A stretch of DNA of 64,000 bases from Podarcis pityusensis (lineage: Eukaryota), in the NCBI GenBank assembly GCA_964106645.2, contig OZ067039.1; one strand, 5' to 3'. The position numbers were made by a program, and so were the translations under genes. The notes below the pieces were generated by a model, which was given only the letters and a program-made list of their open reading frames with translations, was not told the origin of the DNA and searched no databases. Of the stretch, positions 37,694-51,555 are shown one piece after another (position 1 is the stretch's first letter; each line of letters starts with the position of its first letter).

Positions 37694-40600
37694 ATTAGGC
37701 ATCAGTATTTGTGCGACGCTTCAGTGGAAATGCAAAAGGGCAAGTTCCTTATGCTTAAACAGTTTATGTGTGCCTGGTGTGCCTATTCTCCAAAAGCATG
37801 CATATATACTCTGCAAATCCTTGTGCAGCGGTGGTTTGGTATATGCGTGCAATTGTTCAAATTTACTCTTTAATTAAAAACCCAAGCTTGCCACTCCAGC
37901 AGATGTAGGAAAAACAGGAAGTGGTCTGTTCTGGAACGGCAAGTAACAAAACAAAGCAAGCGTGACAAAAGTGTGTGGGTGCGGTGTGGACCCAGGTGTA
38001 GGCATAACTGAAACAACACTTTGGCGATATGTCCTGCTCAGTTTGCTAGTCCCAAAGGATATCTAGCATATGAGAGAATTGGGGAAACCTGACCCAAACG
38101 GCTTCTTGGTCATTCTGATCAGAAAACAAGGAGTCATACTCTACAGAAGAATCACAAGAGATTGCAACATGGTGAATCAAGAGAGTTATTAAAATGAGTG
38201 CGCAAGGACAGAAAAATCTGACCTTTGGACCAGCTCTTTTCCTGAACCATATTAAGAAATTTAGGGCCAAGACTATAAAACAGAAACAGTTAGGTTGGTG
38301 AGGCTGATTGGTTTAAACCAGCTAATTAATACTAACAAGTTAGAAGATTCACTATGGATGTGTGGGGAGGCACACTTTAAGTTGCCAATTCTACATATGA
38401 TAAGGCTCCTGTATCCGTTAACAGTTGTGTACAAAGGAGAACTTTGACAGATGTAATTTCTCTTACCTTAACTATGGCAGAAAAGCCAGGCCTGCTACAA
38501 AACTCCATCCCATGCAGCAATTAAATGGCACAGGTCTCGTGCGAGATCTGTCAACATTTTGCATTCCTGTTGTCTTTCTGTAGTTCTCGCAGTTATCGGT
38601 GCAGATGGCTTGACTGTCACAAATACTGGCGAGCGACAGGCAGACATCTGGAGGCTAGCAAGTGTTGCTGCCAACCCCAAAGTCTTTCATTTCACCAGAC
38701 AGTTTCCCCTGGTCCTCAGCTGTCGAGACTCAGGCTAAAGGGCTGGTGATAATTTGGCTCTGCTGGGACGGTGCTCATTCCAAAGCTTTGCCTCCGAAAG
38801 CAGCTCTTGAATATGCTGAGTTAAATGAGAATCCCCATGAACCGTTGGGAATTGCAATTTCCCGAAGCATATACAGTCCCATCCCACCTGCTGTGGTTCG
38901 TTTCACAATCCAGCAAGATCGAAACGGTAGCTATTTGGTTTTTTCCCTTGGGTCCCCGATTTGCTCGCGGTTCTCGTGAAGCAAAACAGACTTCAAAACA
39001 TTTTCAACAGCGGAAGACGCGGGAGTGGGGGAGAGAAGGAATGTACAGTACAAGTTCAGCAGAGGCAGTTTGAAGCCGCAAGAATCCAAGAACTACTCCA
39101 GGGCTGCTGCTGCTTTTCCTCCAATGGAATAAAAAAAAAGGGGGGGGGGAATAGCGCCACTACCCCCTTTTAAAAACACAATGGAAAATACCACCTGCTA
39201 TACAAACAGTACGATTCATTTAGCTAATGGATTATGATAATATTTAGTGTTTATGTTACATTTTGGAGCAATCTAAACACTTTGCATAAATTTGCTCAGT
39301 TATTCTTCCAACCTACCTGTAAGGTAGGTTTGCAGCATCCCTGCATTGTGGATCATGCTTTCCCCAAGGTTTGGCACATCATTAGCGGTTGTAGTGCAAT
39401 TTGAATCAGGGAGCTTAGATTTAACTCAGTACGCTTAGCTTTACAAAGAGTAGGCAAATGGGCCGGAGTTCAGGGTCAGAGGCACATGTCTTGGATGCTG
39501 AATGTCCCAGGTTCACTCCATTGACAAGTCTCAGGCAGGAAGGCTAGAAAAGAAGTTCAGTAGCAGCCCTGGTCAGGGGTGGGTAGAACATAGATTGGGA
39601 TTGACTGGGTGGTTCACAGTAGGATTGGCAAGTAAGAATGTAAGAAGGACTCTGTTGGATCAGACCAAAGGCCCATCTAGGGCACCCTAGTAACCCATCC
39701 AGATACAAAAAGCCGGCCATGAATGCAATAGGCCCCTCTCCCATTCTCGTTCCCCATTATTCAGAGGCATATCGACAGTGGTAATGGGAGCCAATATTTA
39801 ACCACCGTAACTTGTAATGCGTGGTTGATTAATTCTCCATGAATTTGTTTTAAACCAAGTTGGTGGCCATCACTACATCTTGTGGTAGCAAATTCAAGGA
39901 GGGCGTCAGGGGCTTCTGTTGCCGGATGGTTTCACAACAGCAGGAACAAAATGGCTTCCTCCCCCCTCTCCCCAATTAGGTTGCTGACATCAGACTTGGG
40001 GTGGAGAAGCAGGAGTGGATTTTTGTATGAATTTGTGCGCTCGCCTCTGCTCTTAAGGCCACATTTCGTGCCTGAGCATATGCTCAGGAACATTCTGCTC
40101 CTTAATTCCAAGTGCAAGTCATGCCATTCCCCCCTCCTTCCTCAATACACTGCTTTGCACCCAATTAGTGGACCTCAGGGCTTTGGCCTTTACTCGAGAA
40201 TGGACCAACAGTCTGACAGTATAAGGCGATTTCTTACGTTTCACCAGCTCTCCGTGATAAAAACTGCCTTAACTGAATCCTTGACATCCCAAAGGAGTCC
40301 CAGGCAAATGCACTCAACTATATTTGATCCAAAACTATTCCTAATTTAAATTTGGCCAGATGTGCATTCGTTATTTATTTATAGCTTCATCAGAACAAAA
40401 GCAATTCCCTTTGATTAACTTGGCACGCATATAATGTGTTGTTCAGCGGCAGGAATACCCCCTACAGCTTTTTCATTAACATGTACCAAGCGGAGAGGAG
40501 CTGGCGCTTGATAGATTTTTGCACTGACATGCAGGTTACCACTTGAAAACTGTAATGTTAACATTTGTCCCATACCCAGAGCTGGCAGCTGAGCAATTCC

Positions 40601-40970
40601 TCCTCATTCAGGTACCCACCATCTTTAACTATCATTTCAGTAAAGCCAAAGGAGGTTCTAGCCTGATGGTTCTAGAATATAGTTGCAAAATGAAAATCAA
40701 GCTGATTGTCTCTGGCAACGATTGGCTAGCAAATTTCAAATTATATGCAGTTTTCCAGCTGGGCTCTTGAAGAGTTGGGAGACATCTCTGGAAATCAGAA
40801 AATATGTGGTGATCAAAATAAGCAATAACAGCCAGCTTTTGGAAAATAAGAAAAAGTGATGGCTCTTTGTCAGCTTTTCCACAGCCGTTTTCCTTTGCTG
40901 CTGGAATACAGATTACAGGTGTGATACACAAAGCCATGACAAGCTATTCCTAAAACTTGATGACCCTGAA

Positions 40971-41312
40971 GGGTGTCCTTTGTCACCACTACTATTCATA
41001 TCGGTACTCGAAGTCCTCCTGATGAGGATAAGGAAAACAGAAGAAGTTAAAAAAATTGCAGTCGGAAGAAAGGAACATAAAGTTAAAGCCTTTGCCGATG
41101 ACCTGGTACTAACAACAGAAGAACCGTTAGTCAGTGCTAAGAAAGGATTAGAGGAAATTGAAGAATTTGGACAAGTAGCAGGCTTTAAATTAAATATAAA
41201 AAAGACAAAAATGTTAATTAAAAATATGGATAAAGAAATGGTAGATAAGATGCAACAACAAACGAGCATAAAAGTAGTTTAAAAAATTAAATATTTGGGA
41301 ATTTGGTTGACC
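40971..41312 (+). mobile_element. L1/Tx1-clade reverse transcriptase fragment
   Basis: GCPLSPLLF, AFADDL, GFKLNIKKT and frameshifted IKYLGI motifs. Confidence 0.85.
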
Positions 41313-41439
41313 TCAAAGTTCATCAAGATTTTAATTCAATTTTTGATAGAATATACAATATCAGGGATAGTTCTTTTTTCCAGATTAATTAATTGTGTAG
41401 AGTACAAGGGTTGGATCTTGTGAATGTGGCATTAGCTAG

Positions 41440-41553
41440 ACTCTTCATCTCAAGGTCATAGGTTCAAGCCCCCATGTTGGGCAAAAGATTTCTGTATTGC
41501 AGGGGGTTGGACTAGATGACCCCCATGGTCTTTTCCAATTCTGTGATTCTATG
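41440..41553 (+). mobile_element. Short tRNA-head/CR1-tail SINE fragment
   Basis: ggttcaagccc B-box followed by gggttggactagatgacc...gattctatga CR1-like tail. Confidence 0.55.
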
Positions 41554-42711
41554 AGTGTATACCAGAAGAATGTCTCAGTTAAGAGTCTTACACACACACA
41601 CAGGCTGGGAAACAAGGGAAGTGAACAGAACATAGCAAGAACTCCATCATTAGACCCTGATGATGGAGCATCAGGAGTACAGCAAAAAACATTCCTGTTT
41701 AGACAGGCCTACCCAGATGCTTAGAAATGCTGATGTGAATTTTAATCCGCTTTTAGTATTTTAACTTCTTATATGTTTTAATGTCCTGGGGGGAAATTCC
41801 TAACTTTTTTGGTTTTATATTTTTGTAAGCCACTTTGAGGTTGTTGCTGCTTTTTAACAGTCAAGCGGTGTATACATTTTAAGGAATAAGTAATAAAATA
41901 AATATTTTTAAATGGGGGAAAAATCAAGACTAGCCTTCCCTGTTTTGCAGGCCCTGCTACAGCAAAATAGGAGCAACTGGTGTTCTCTTCAGGAAGGAAA
42001 GGAGCACAGCTCCCATAGATTAGAGATTCCTGACAAATAAAAATACCAAAGGGAAGGACTACAGGGCTTTCTTGTGGCCAGTAACTCTTAAAAGAGGCCA
42101 CCCTGGAGAGCACAGTCATGCAAAGCAGAATGGAAGAATGGAATAATTTCCTCCAAATAGATTGCAACCAAGGACATCTCCACTACCTTTGTGTGCCTGA
42201 TGATTCCCTTTGTGATACAGAATGCTAGCTAATAAATGTCTAGAAATGCAGCTGCCTGGGGAATCTCCTTCACACAATTGCAGGGAGAGATTGTAAAACA
42301 ACTTGAGGTTTGCCCAGGTTGAGGGTTGTTTCCCATGTTCCTTTCTCAGCTGGCCTTCTTCAGATGCACAGAGGGAGGGAGGGAGGGAGCTGTCCCATAT
42401 TGGGGAGTCAAACTTGTAACCTTGGTATTATCAGCATCACATCTGTACTTTTTTTTGGCAGAATTTGATGGAGTTTTCAGGCATCATAGACCCTTCCAAG
42501 GTGGTGAATAACTGCCATGGTTTTCCTGCAAGGATGGGGTTTACAGTTTTGAGGTTAGTTAAAAAAAGGAGTAATCGGTTCTCCTTTTTTGTTATGAGGA
42601 AAACTAGTCTGAAAACAGCAGACATGAGAAAGGTACCCTAGATAAGAAACCTGCTAAAATTTCAGGTCTAGGGAGAACCTTTAAATGTTAATTGGAAGGG
42701 TGGGATTCACT

Positions 42712-43031
42712 AATAATAATAGTAGTAATGTTATTATTAATAATAATAATGGTAATTTATCAATTCCACCCCGCCCATCTGGCTGGGTTTCCCCAGCCAC
42801 TCTGGGTGACTCCCAACTGAATATTAAAAACACAATACAGTGTACAGCTTCCCTAAACAGGGCTGCCTTCAGATGTATTCTAAAAGTCAGAAAGTTGTTT
42901 CTTTCCTTGACAACTGATAGGAGGGTGTTCCACAGGGCAGACACCACTACCAAGAAGGCCCTCTGCCTGATTCCCTGTAACCTCACTTCTCGCAGGGAGG
43001 GATCTGCCAGAAGGCCCTCTGCGCTGGACCT
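42712..43031 (-). mobile_element. L2-type LINE 3' end
   Basis: Close match to 22688-23068. Confidence 0.75.
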
Positions 43032-44057
43032 TCTTGCTGTGTGACTTTGTTTGTGGGCACAGTTTCTGTGGCATTAGCTAGGTGCCCCAGGTGCTACTGC
43101 ACACCAAGAAGTGTTATGGTTTTATGAGAACTGGTGGGGACATTGGAAACATCCTGTACTTCCCCTCATCCAAATCCTCCACAGTTGTTCTTAGTGGGGT
43201 GGGAGTAGGAAGAGACTTGAAAGTGAGAGCTCTTCTCTATGCAGCTATTCCTGACTGACTTCTGTGCCTCGGGGAAACTGGTGCTGTCGGCACAGGTGCG
43301 TTCTAAGGCTGCCACTGGTGCAGTGCCCAGAAACCTTCCCCTTGCTCAGTTGCTTCCTGCAGTAAAAGCTCAAAAAGACCCTGAATGATTCTCTGCTGCT
43401 TGCTTCCACTCCTTGTATTGCCAGCCTCAGAGTGTGAGGGAACCTACATCTGTTGACTATCAATCTAACATGGCTTCATTGTAGGTGGACAGTGGACACC
43501 CTGGTAAAAAAATTATTTTGAAATGGCCCAGAGAATAAGTAAACAACACCAGAAGCCCAAAGCTTTCTATGTGTAATTTTCAAAGGAGAGACAGAGAGAG
43601 AGATGCATTTATCCTTTACTATACAAGGTTCTCTGCAAAGCCTTTCCTCCTGCCTACCAGCCACCGACACTGATGTATCAAAATATACATCAACAAGCAT
43701 TGACTAAACATAACTGGTAGAGTACTAGCAAGTAACAGTTGTGATATTGGAGAACTGTAAGACATTTGTCTTGTGGGTCTTCAACATTCACTCCAAGGCT
43801 GCCTTAGATGGGCAGTCTTGAGACTTCATGGCATCCATGACAACCATAGGGCCCTCTCATTTGTTACTGGCCCAATGCGTAGAGGAGAATACAATCCTCT
43901 ATTTTGTCTTTGCCTCAAGGTGTGGGAGAAAGGATCTGCATATAGTGTGAGCCGAAATAAGTCTGCTGTCAGGGTTAGACCATTTCCTGTTGAGGTTTTG
44001 TCACATGTTGGCAGCTCCTCCTTGCAGAAATGGGATAACCATCCACATCAAAGATTC

Positions 44058-44187
44058 NNNNNNNNNNNNNNNNNNNNNNNNNNNNNNNNNNNNNNNNNNN
44101 NNNNNNNNNNNNNNNNNNNNNNNNNNNNNNNNNNNNNNNNNNNNNNNNNNNNNNNNNNNNNNNNNNNNNNNNNNNNNNNNNNNNNNN
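44058..44187. other. Assembly gap (130 N)
   Basis: Run of n characters. Confidence 1.
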
Positions 44188-46552
44188 TGAGAGGAAACAC
44201 ACTTGCTATTTATTTTGTAAAACCAACTGTAAAAGGGCGAGCTATGTGGCGTGTCTAGTTTGGCTCTAATTTATCTTAGAAAGGCAAGATTAGTAGAAAG
44301 TGGAAAGTTTCACCCTAATCCATAAACAAGCCCAAGCTAGCCTGTTTTTCTCCTTGTCCTTACCCAATAGAGTCAAGTTGCAATCCTAACCATATGCTTA
44401 CTAGAAACTTCGTCCCACTGAACTCATTACAACTTCCTGCTGTGTATACAGGTTTAGGACTGGCCTATCCAGCCCCGAGAACCTGTTGTGAGTTGATAGG
44501 GGAAAAGCAGCCCAAGGCTTTGCCAAACACTTGAGCTGACTAACAACTGTAGGTGAAAATGTGGATACGTGCGAAGGAACGCATGCAGAACTCCCTAGTT
44601 GCAGTGAACTTTTCCATCACAACTAGGTTCTAGTGAAGCATCCCACATATAAAGAGCAACTAGAAGAGGTAGCTTTGTGTCCTGCATCCAGTTCAAAATT
44701 TCCTATTAAGAAAAATGGCCACATTTCAGTTGGCTAGCACCATCACGGAGGAATTAATGGGCTGCGCTTGTACTGTACAACAGCTCCTTTTCTTTCTTCC
44801 TCCTCTTTTGGCTTCGTTGCAGAGGCAGCCATCCACAGGAGACCACGATAATGAACCCCATTCTCTGAACTGTTTTGACATCTCTAATTGCACTGCAAGG
44901 CACTTTTGACATGCGTGGAAGTAAACAAACCATAAAAGGCGGTATAGAATCCATTGAACATTAAAGGATCCGGGCAAAGGACAGAACGGGGAGGCAACTC
45001 TGAGCAGATATGACAACAGCAGATTTCAGTTGGATTTCAGGTCAAATTGGTTTCAGTCTGGAATAGCTGCCTAGCATTCATTTGCTGTAGATTTCCACCC
45101 ATGTAGCAAAGACTACAATGCTGCTACAGTCAGTTTAGTTTTGCCCTTGGTAGCAGCTGACACTAATCTTCAAATAATATTCTCCAGCTTGAGGCGGTAC
45201 TGCTAACCGATCTTCCCTTAAATATCAAGCTCTCCTAAGCATGCCTACTTCTCCAGAAAACGAATTCATGCAGATATATTTAGGTTATGCATCAGGAAAG
45301 AGCACTCACTCTGGATTAGCAAACTGACATCATAATTTCATGTTCATAGCTAAACAAATCCTGCAATGATTTAAACAGCTGGATTCATAAGCTCAAATGT
45401 TGAAACACTCAGCTCAATCAGCCTGCCTTGCTGTTATCTAGCAGTTTCCAGGTCTGGGTCTCATCTGGCAGATGGCCGATTACATTTCAGAAGACTGCAC
45501 AAAACATTTTTTCAGCAGAAGCTCAAAAGGTACCAGGTTTTTCCTTGAGCATATCCCAAAATACTAATTTCTTAATCGGGTTGTAAATATTTTTATCATT
45601 TCAGGCTTCTTTTAAAACATAAACAATGATGTGTTCATTACTCACAGAACAGAACAGGTACAGCAATTTGTGGGAGACAAATCTAACAGTCAACTTGTTT
45701 CCTCTCTTAAACCAATACAAGAAAAGTAACAGATGCACACCCAGATTGTAAGCCTGTTCTCATTCATGATAAAATTGCTTGCATTAACCTGGCTTAGCGA
45801 GGTTGTTAAAGGACTATAACATTATATATACTGTATATTGTAAAATGCCTGTGAATGCTTGCATTCCTGCGCTAAGGAGTATTTATGGATCAAAAGAGCA
45901 GTTAAGGCTCAAAGTACACATGGCAGCAATAGATTCATGTGTTTAAAACATGGATTTGCCCCAATCACAGAGTTTATATGGGGAGAGGAAGAAAGGGGGC
46001 ATGTTTGCAGGGCCGCTTCTACAGCTGTGGTTAAATTGCCCCAAATTGAGGAGGGGAATCAGAGTAAAAGGGGTCTGTACATGATCTGCTGCCATCACAT
46101 GTAGTTTAATACTTAGACTATGGCCACTAATGCGGCCAGTGTGGTGTCATGGCTACAGTGTCAGACTAGGACCTTGTTTGAATCCCCGCTCAGCCACGAA
46201 GCTCACATGTGGCGCCTGCCTCTGTCTGTAGTTTGGCTAGAAATTTGGGAGAATGTTGAGGACAAAATCACCTTTCTGCTATAACACGCTGGAGAGCTGC
46301 TGCCAGTTGACAATGCACTAAAATGGAAACAAGGCTCAATTTGGCAGGTTCATTTCTGTTCATAACCATCTACATTCATAACCGTTGCAGTTATATTCAC
46401 CATTTTCAGTTGATTATAGTATACTACCAGGCAATGCTACTAGCAATAAATAGCTAAGATTAGAGTGAATGCTTTTTTAGCCAGTGAAACTTGTGTTTCA
46501 GCCCATTTCCCAAAGAGCTAGAGAGAATGTTGGCAGGTCTGTTTATGTTGAT

Positions 46553-46791
46553 AGAAGAGTTTGGATTTGAGATCCCGCTTTATCACTACCCGAAGGAGTC
46601 TCAAAGCGGCTAACATTCTCCTTTCCCTTCCTCCCCCACAACAAAGACTCTGTGAGGTGAGTGGGGCTGAGAGACTTCAAAGAAGTGTGACTAGCCCAAG
46701 GTCACCCAGCAGCTGCATGTGGAGGAGCAGAGACACGAACCCGGTTCCCCAGATTATGAATCTATCGCTCTTAACCACTACACCACACTGG
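46553..46791 (-). mobile_element. tRNA-derived SINE (Squam3/Ther1-like)
   Basis: Minus-strand head ccagtgtggtgtagtggttaagagc...ggttcg (A/B boxes), about 240 nt long, CTT-rich tail. Confidence 0.75.
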
Positions 46792-47949
46792 AAGGGTTTT
46801 TGATCATCATGGGGAGAAGTCAGACAAGCAAGTTCATATCCAACAGAAACTGACTGTAGCTATCACCATGCCTGAGAGATCAAGTGGAACTTTTGTCTAA
46901 GCTGGTCCAGCACACTCCATGAACTCCACAGTCCACAATCCTTAGTGCACATCTGTGCTCATAAGAACCTTGTGCTTAGAGCAGTAGCATTTTTCAGGCA
47001 GCTCCTGGCCAGCTGCATGAGCTCAAGATACCTGTGGATGTCACATGTCGAACAGCTTTGGGCACTTCACTGAAAAGGGCACTCTCTCTGTACATGGTGT
47101 GTTGGGGCAGACAAACTGTTCCACTCCATGCCCTGCACTCAGTGATGACAAAAGCCACCACAAATCGTTCAGCTGATGTCATCCACAGCGTCTTCTACAC
47201 AGCAAGCTCCACACAGCTGCTGCAAACCCTTTGTAAACTGCAAATAAAAATCTGATTGGAAGATCAACGGCAGTCCTGGGGGTTGCATAATGAAGGAAAA
47301 GAAATGCCGGGTTTTTAGGAAGGTTTTCCCCCACCCCTCCTCCTTGAGTATTTGCTCACATATGTGGCAATCTCCACAGAAGTATTTTAAGAGAGGACAC
47401 TTGAACAAGGACAGCATGTAAGGATTGGCACAGAAGGAACTTTGGAGAGGGAAATGGGTATTACGTATCCAAGTTTCCCCCAAGGTATCTGTGCTCAAGG
47501 CACATGAGGTCACGATTTTGCTGAAGCTAAGGAGGTCTGGTCTGCCCAGTGCCCAGATGAGAGAAGGTACCTGTAAACCCCATCTTAGAATCACTGAATT
47601 GCAGAGTTGGAAGGGACATCAAGGGCCATCCTTGCTTGACTGAATCAGGACATTATTGAGTAGGCTTGGTCATTTCGGTAATGGGTACAACATGATGCAC
47701 AGGCAACCAGTACATGTTTGAAATTCATCTAGCATACAAAGCCTACCCAACAGCTTTAGGGTGTCTTCACTAAAACAAGACTTAAACACACACACACACC
47801 AAGGTTCAGGTGCTGTGGTCAGGGGAACCATCAATATTCAGAAGAGATGGGGTGAATTTTTTCTCTATAGAATGGCAATCTCTCCAACTATCAAGCACAG
47901 ATAATGAAATAAATACCTAGGGTGGAGTTGCTGGGCAGGGCAGAGACTC

Positions 47950-48950
47950 AACAGGTTGCTGCGATGCCCTCCCCCCCCCCCCCCGTTGATTTTGCCAGTT
48001 GATTCCAGAAGCAAACTGAGGGGTGGGCTTCATTCGTGTCTCCGTCTCTCTCTCCCGCCCCTCACCCCAGCCCCTTTCAGTCGCCGCGATCTTGAGAGGC
48101 GATAAGGGAGTTGCTGCTCTCGGGCTAAGAGATGCAAATGTCAAAGGGCGCGGCGCTAGCGGACCTACACACCTGGATCTACACCCCAGGAAGGGAAAGA
48201 CCCGGGGAACGGGGAGAAGGGGCTCCTTGGGAAAAGCAGCCCCGGAGAAGGCAGGAAGGAAGTGGAAATGCAGGCGGAGGAAGAGGAAGAGGTCTCCAAA
48301 AAGTTGACCCACCACGAAGCAACGGTCGAAGCCCACCGAAACCCATTTCAACAGGTAGAACAGCAACCCCCTGGATTTGAACTCAGCTCCCAAGAGGACG
48401 CTGGTATTTGTATTGCCCGAAGTCTTTGCAAACAAAGGAGTCACTGAGAAACTCGAGAGAGGAAGGGAGCGGGGAGGTTTCCGCTCCCAACAGATAGGAA
48501 GAAGAGAGGACCGGCTTGGGCTTCCCAACGCCGCGACGCAAACATACCTTTGCCGCGTCCTCATCTCTCCCCGTCCAGGCATCCAGGGCTGGACCGCTGC
48601 CTGAGTCCCGCCGGATCCCCCGGCGCCGCTTACCTGGGGGAGGAGGGCACAGGACCGCCCCTCACCTGCTGGCCCCGCCCACCCAGCACCGGCCCCGCCC
48701 ACCGCCTCACCTGGCCGCGAACCCTGCCTGCTCACGCCCGGGAGTCGTCAGAAGTTGGTGCTTCTGGGAGCAGCTCAGCGATGTCTTCACCTGTGACTCA
48801 TCTCTGAGTAAGCAGGAAAAGGCTCGTGAACTCGAGGGTGGGACATGGGGAAAGGGAGGGAGGCAGTCACAGAAGAAGATCAAGGGGGAAATAAGGCGGC
48901 AATTGCAGGTGCCTCAGTGGCTTTTGCCGGGGGTGGTTGCTTCCTAAAAT
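47950..48950. promoter_or_regulatory. CpG island / probable promoter
   Basis: Dense CpG; two GGCCCCGCCCAC GC boxes (48671, 48691); minus-strand splice donors including CAG|gtaagc at 48633. Confidence 0.65.
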
Positions 48951-49955
48951 AAATGGGGCTGCCTGCCAGGAAAGTTGTGCACTGAAAGCTTCAAAACTGA
49001 ATTTAAGAAACTGCTCCATAGCCAACTCACCAGGAATCAGCGCAGCAACACTGCAGCCATGACACATGGATGCAGAAGCAGCCCACCGTGTTGTGACAAT
49101 CTGGGTATCCTGACACACCCCACCATGATTCATTGCATGGTACAGGTCTGGGAAACAGTTCAGCCCCACCAGGGGAACTGGGAGGGGGGGCAACACTCAC
49201 CTTTTGCTTCTCTGGGGGGAAAGGTCAACTCAGGGGGTAAAACAGATGGAGTCCCTGAGATTGGGCCCACATTGCATACACTTCCAAACCGCTTACTGGC
49301 CACTCAGCCACAGCAACCGCTAGCAGTTGCACCCACCATAGGGCATTTGGCACCCTCCTAAGACACCAGGAGAACAGAAGAGGCAGGAGGAATTCTAGCT
49401 TGATGGAGCAACCTGTGTTTTACATGAATCCAGGGAACAACCCCATACTAGAAAATGGGGTGGGGAGCCTCGCACACCTGAACCAATGTGAAGTATCAGA
49501 AAGAACATGAATGAAAGCAGTTGTTGAATCATAGCTCAGTGACAGAGTGTAAGCTTTTCATTCACAAGGTCTTAGGTTCAACCCATAGCACATCCAATGA
49601 AGAAAAGCAGCACTGGGAAAGATTCCCTTCCTGAGCCCCCAAGAAGCAGCCACCAGTTACAGTAGAGGGACAATACTGGGTTAATATTAGAGCAGTTCAA
49701 AGGCTCCTGCAAGGACTTTTGTTTCAGCTGCTCAAAATGAAAAGTATCAATGGTCTTGACTTGAGAGTCCTAAATATTGTGATTCTGCAGCACCACCTGC
49801 TGACGTGTCATGTCACAGCCCTTTATAAATTATGGAACATTTTGTTATACTGTAATTTTATATCGGGGTCAGTTACTTTTGACAGGACTGCTCTGAAGAC
49901 AGTTGCCCTTATTTCAGGACAGTCATCTTACGGTAAATGTGAACTTCGGCATGCA

Positions 49956-50313
49956 GGGACGCTGGTGGCGCTGTGGGTTGAACCACAGAGCCTAGGGCTT
50001 GCCGATCAGAAGGTCGGCGGTTCGAATCCCCGTGACAGAGTGAGCTCCCGTTGTTCAGTCCCTGCTCCTGTCAACCTAGCAGTTCGAAAGCATGTCAAAG
50101 TGCAAGTAGATAAATAGGTACCGCTCCGGCAGGAAGGTAAACAGCGTTTCCGTGCGCTGCTCTGGTTCGCCAGAAGCAGCTTAATCATGCTGGCCACATG
50201 ACCCGGAAACTGTACACTGACTCCCTTGGCCAGTAAAGCGAGATGAGTGTGCAACCCCAGAGTCATCCACGACTGGACCTAACGGTCAGGGGTCCCTTTA
50301 GCTTTAGCTTTAC
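49956..50313 (+). mobile_element. Sauria (Squam1-type) SINE, full length
   Basis: gggacgctggtggcgctgtggg head, ggttcgaatccc B-box, and a tail resembling (acctttt)n; close match to the copy at 59.1 kb. Confidence 0.88.
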
Positions 50314-51329
50314 ATTGACTGTTTCCACACGGGTAACCACATGTTAGCCTGTGGTAGCAAAAATAACAGCAACAACTAGGTTTTTGTGCACCTTAAAGGC
50401 TAACAAATTCATTAAGGTAGAAGCTTTCGCATGCCATAGTCCACATCGTCGGTTTAAGGCTCTTGTGGGCCAGATCATTTTATCAGAAATAAATTGTCGC
50501 AAAAACACAATGTAGAAGTATTGGTCATTTGCTTGGTATAGTTATACTCCATTCTCTCTCACGAAAGCTGTGAGAAGTATTTTATCCTCACAATGGACCC
50601 TGTGAGGTGGCTTATGTTGAGTGGTAGTAACTTGTCCAACTTGCTGAGCAGAAATTTGAACCTTAGTTTCCCCTGCATCCACATCTCAGCACTTCAACCA
50701 CTGTGCCACTCTGCTTTAATAAGGCTGTAATGAACCTTAGGCCTCTCTGCATATCAGCAGTGTGGAAATGGAAGCTTAGGAATGTGCTCTGCCTTTCCCC
50801 ACTTTACACAGGCTGGCTGCAGGAAACTCTGGTGTAGCCATGGCAACACAATTGCTATGCAAATTATTAAGTTTTCCTCAGCCATGAGTAAAAGGGCAAT
50901 TATGCTTCTCCATAGTTTACTAAAATGAATAATAATCCTGTGTTTTGCAAGAAAACGTTTCTTTTTTCTTTGCAGAGACAAATAAATAGACAAAGGCAAA
51001 GAAATGCAAGGACAGTGTACCTTGTTATCAGTTTCCCACAAGGGCTGACCACAGGGAGGTGTAGACCTTCAGTTTAGGGAGTTTCTCCAAAGCGCTTATG
51101 CCTCGGGAATTTGGGCAACCCTTCCCTTAAGCACTTAGTATTTGCCTTGTTGAGAATAAATAGACAATTTGGGGAAAATAACTAACAAGCTGCTTTGTGG
51201 AACAGCTTACTCCAGTATTGTTTTATAAGCAATGAGCAGCCTTATGCCCAGCATTGCTTAGGTATTTTAAGAAACAAACAAAATCAGTGCAGTTTAGAAA
51301 GTTTCAGTCCAGTATCTTGATTCACAATA

Positions 51330-51555
51330 CAGTGGTACCTCTGGTTACATACTTAATTCGTTCCGGAGGTCCGTTCTTAACCTGAAACTGTTCTTAACCT
51401 GAAGCACCACTTTAGCTAATGGGGCCTCCTGCTGCTGCTGCGCCACCGCCGCACGATTTCTGTTCTCATCCTGAAGCAAAGTTCTTAACCCGAGGTACTA
51501 TTTCTGGGTTAGCAGAGTCTGTAACCTGAAGCGTATGTAACCTGAGGTACCACTG
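51330..51555. mobile_element. Tc1/mariner (Tigger-like) MITE
   Basis: TIRs cagtggtacctc.ggttacatac / gtatgtaacctgaggtaccactg; left flank TA, right flank TG. Confidence 0.85.

Noticed and set aside
43773-44258. ORFs spanning the N run
   Set aside because: Artefacts of the assembly gap.
47917-48735. 272-aa ORF in the CpG island
   Set aside because: Low-complexity Gly/Pro/Arg/Ala composition typical of stop-poor GC-rich DNA; no homology recognised.
49956-50035. tRNA gene (also the SINE heads at 46.7 and 59.1 kb)
   Set aside because: The A/B boxes belong to SINE heads that continue into SINE bodies and tails.
50335-50455. Second Penelope-like end with a possible hammerhead
   Set aside because: The CUGANGA box and stem II are degenerate.
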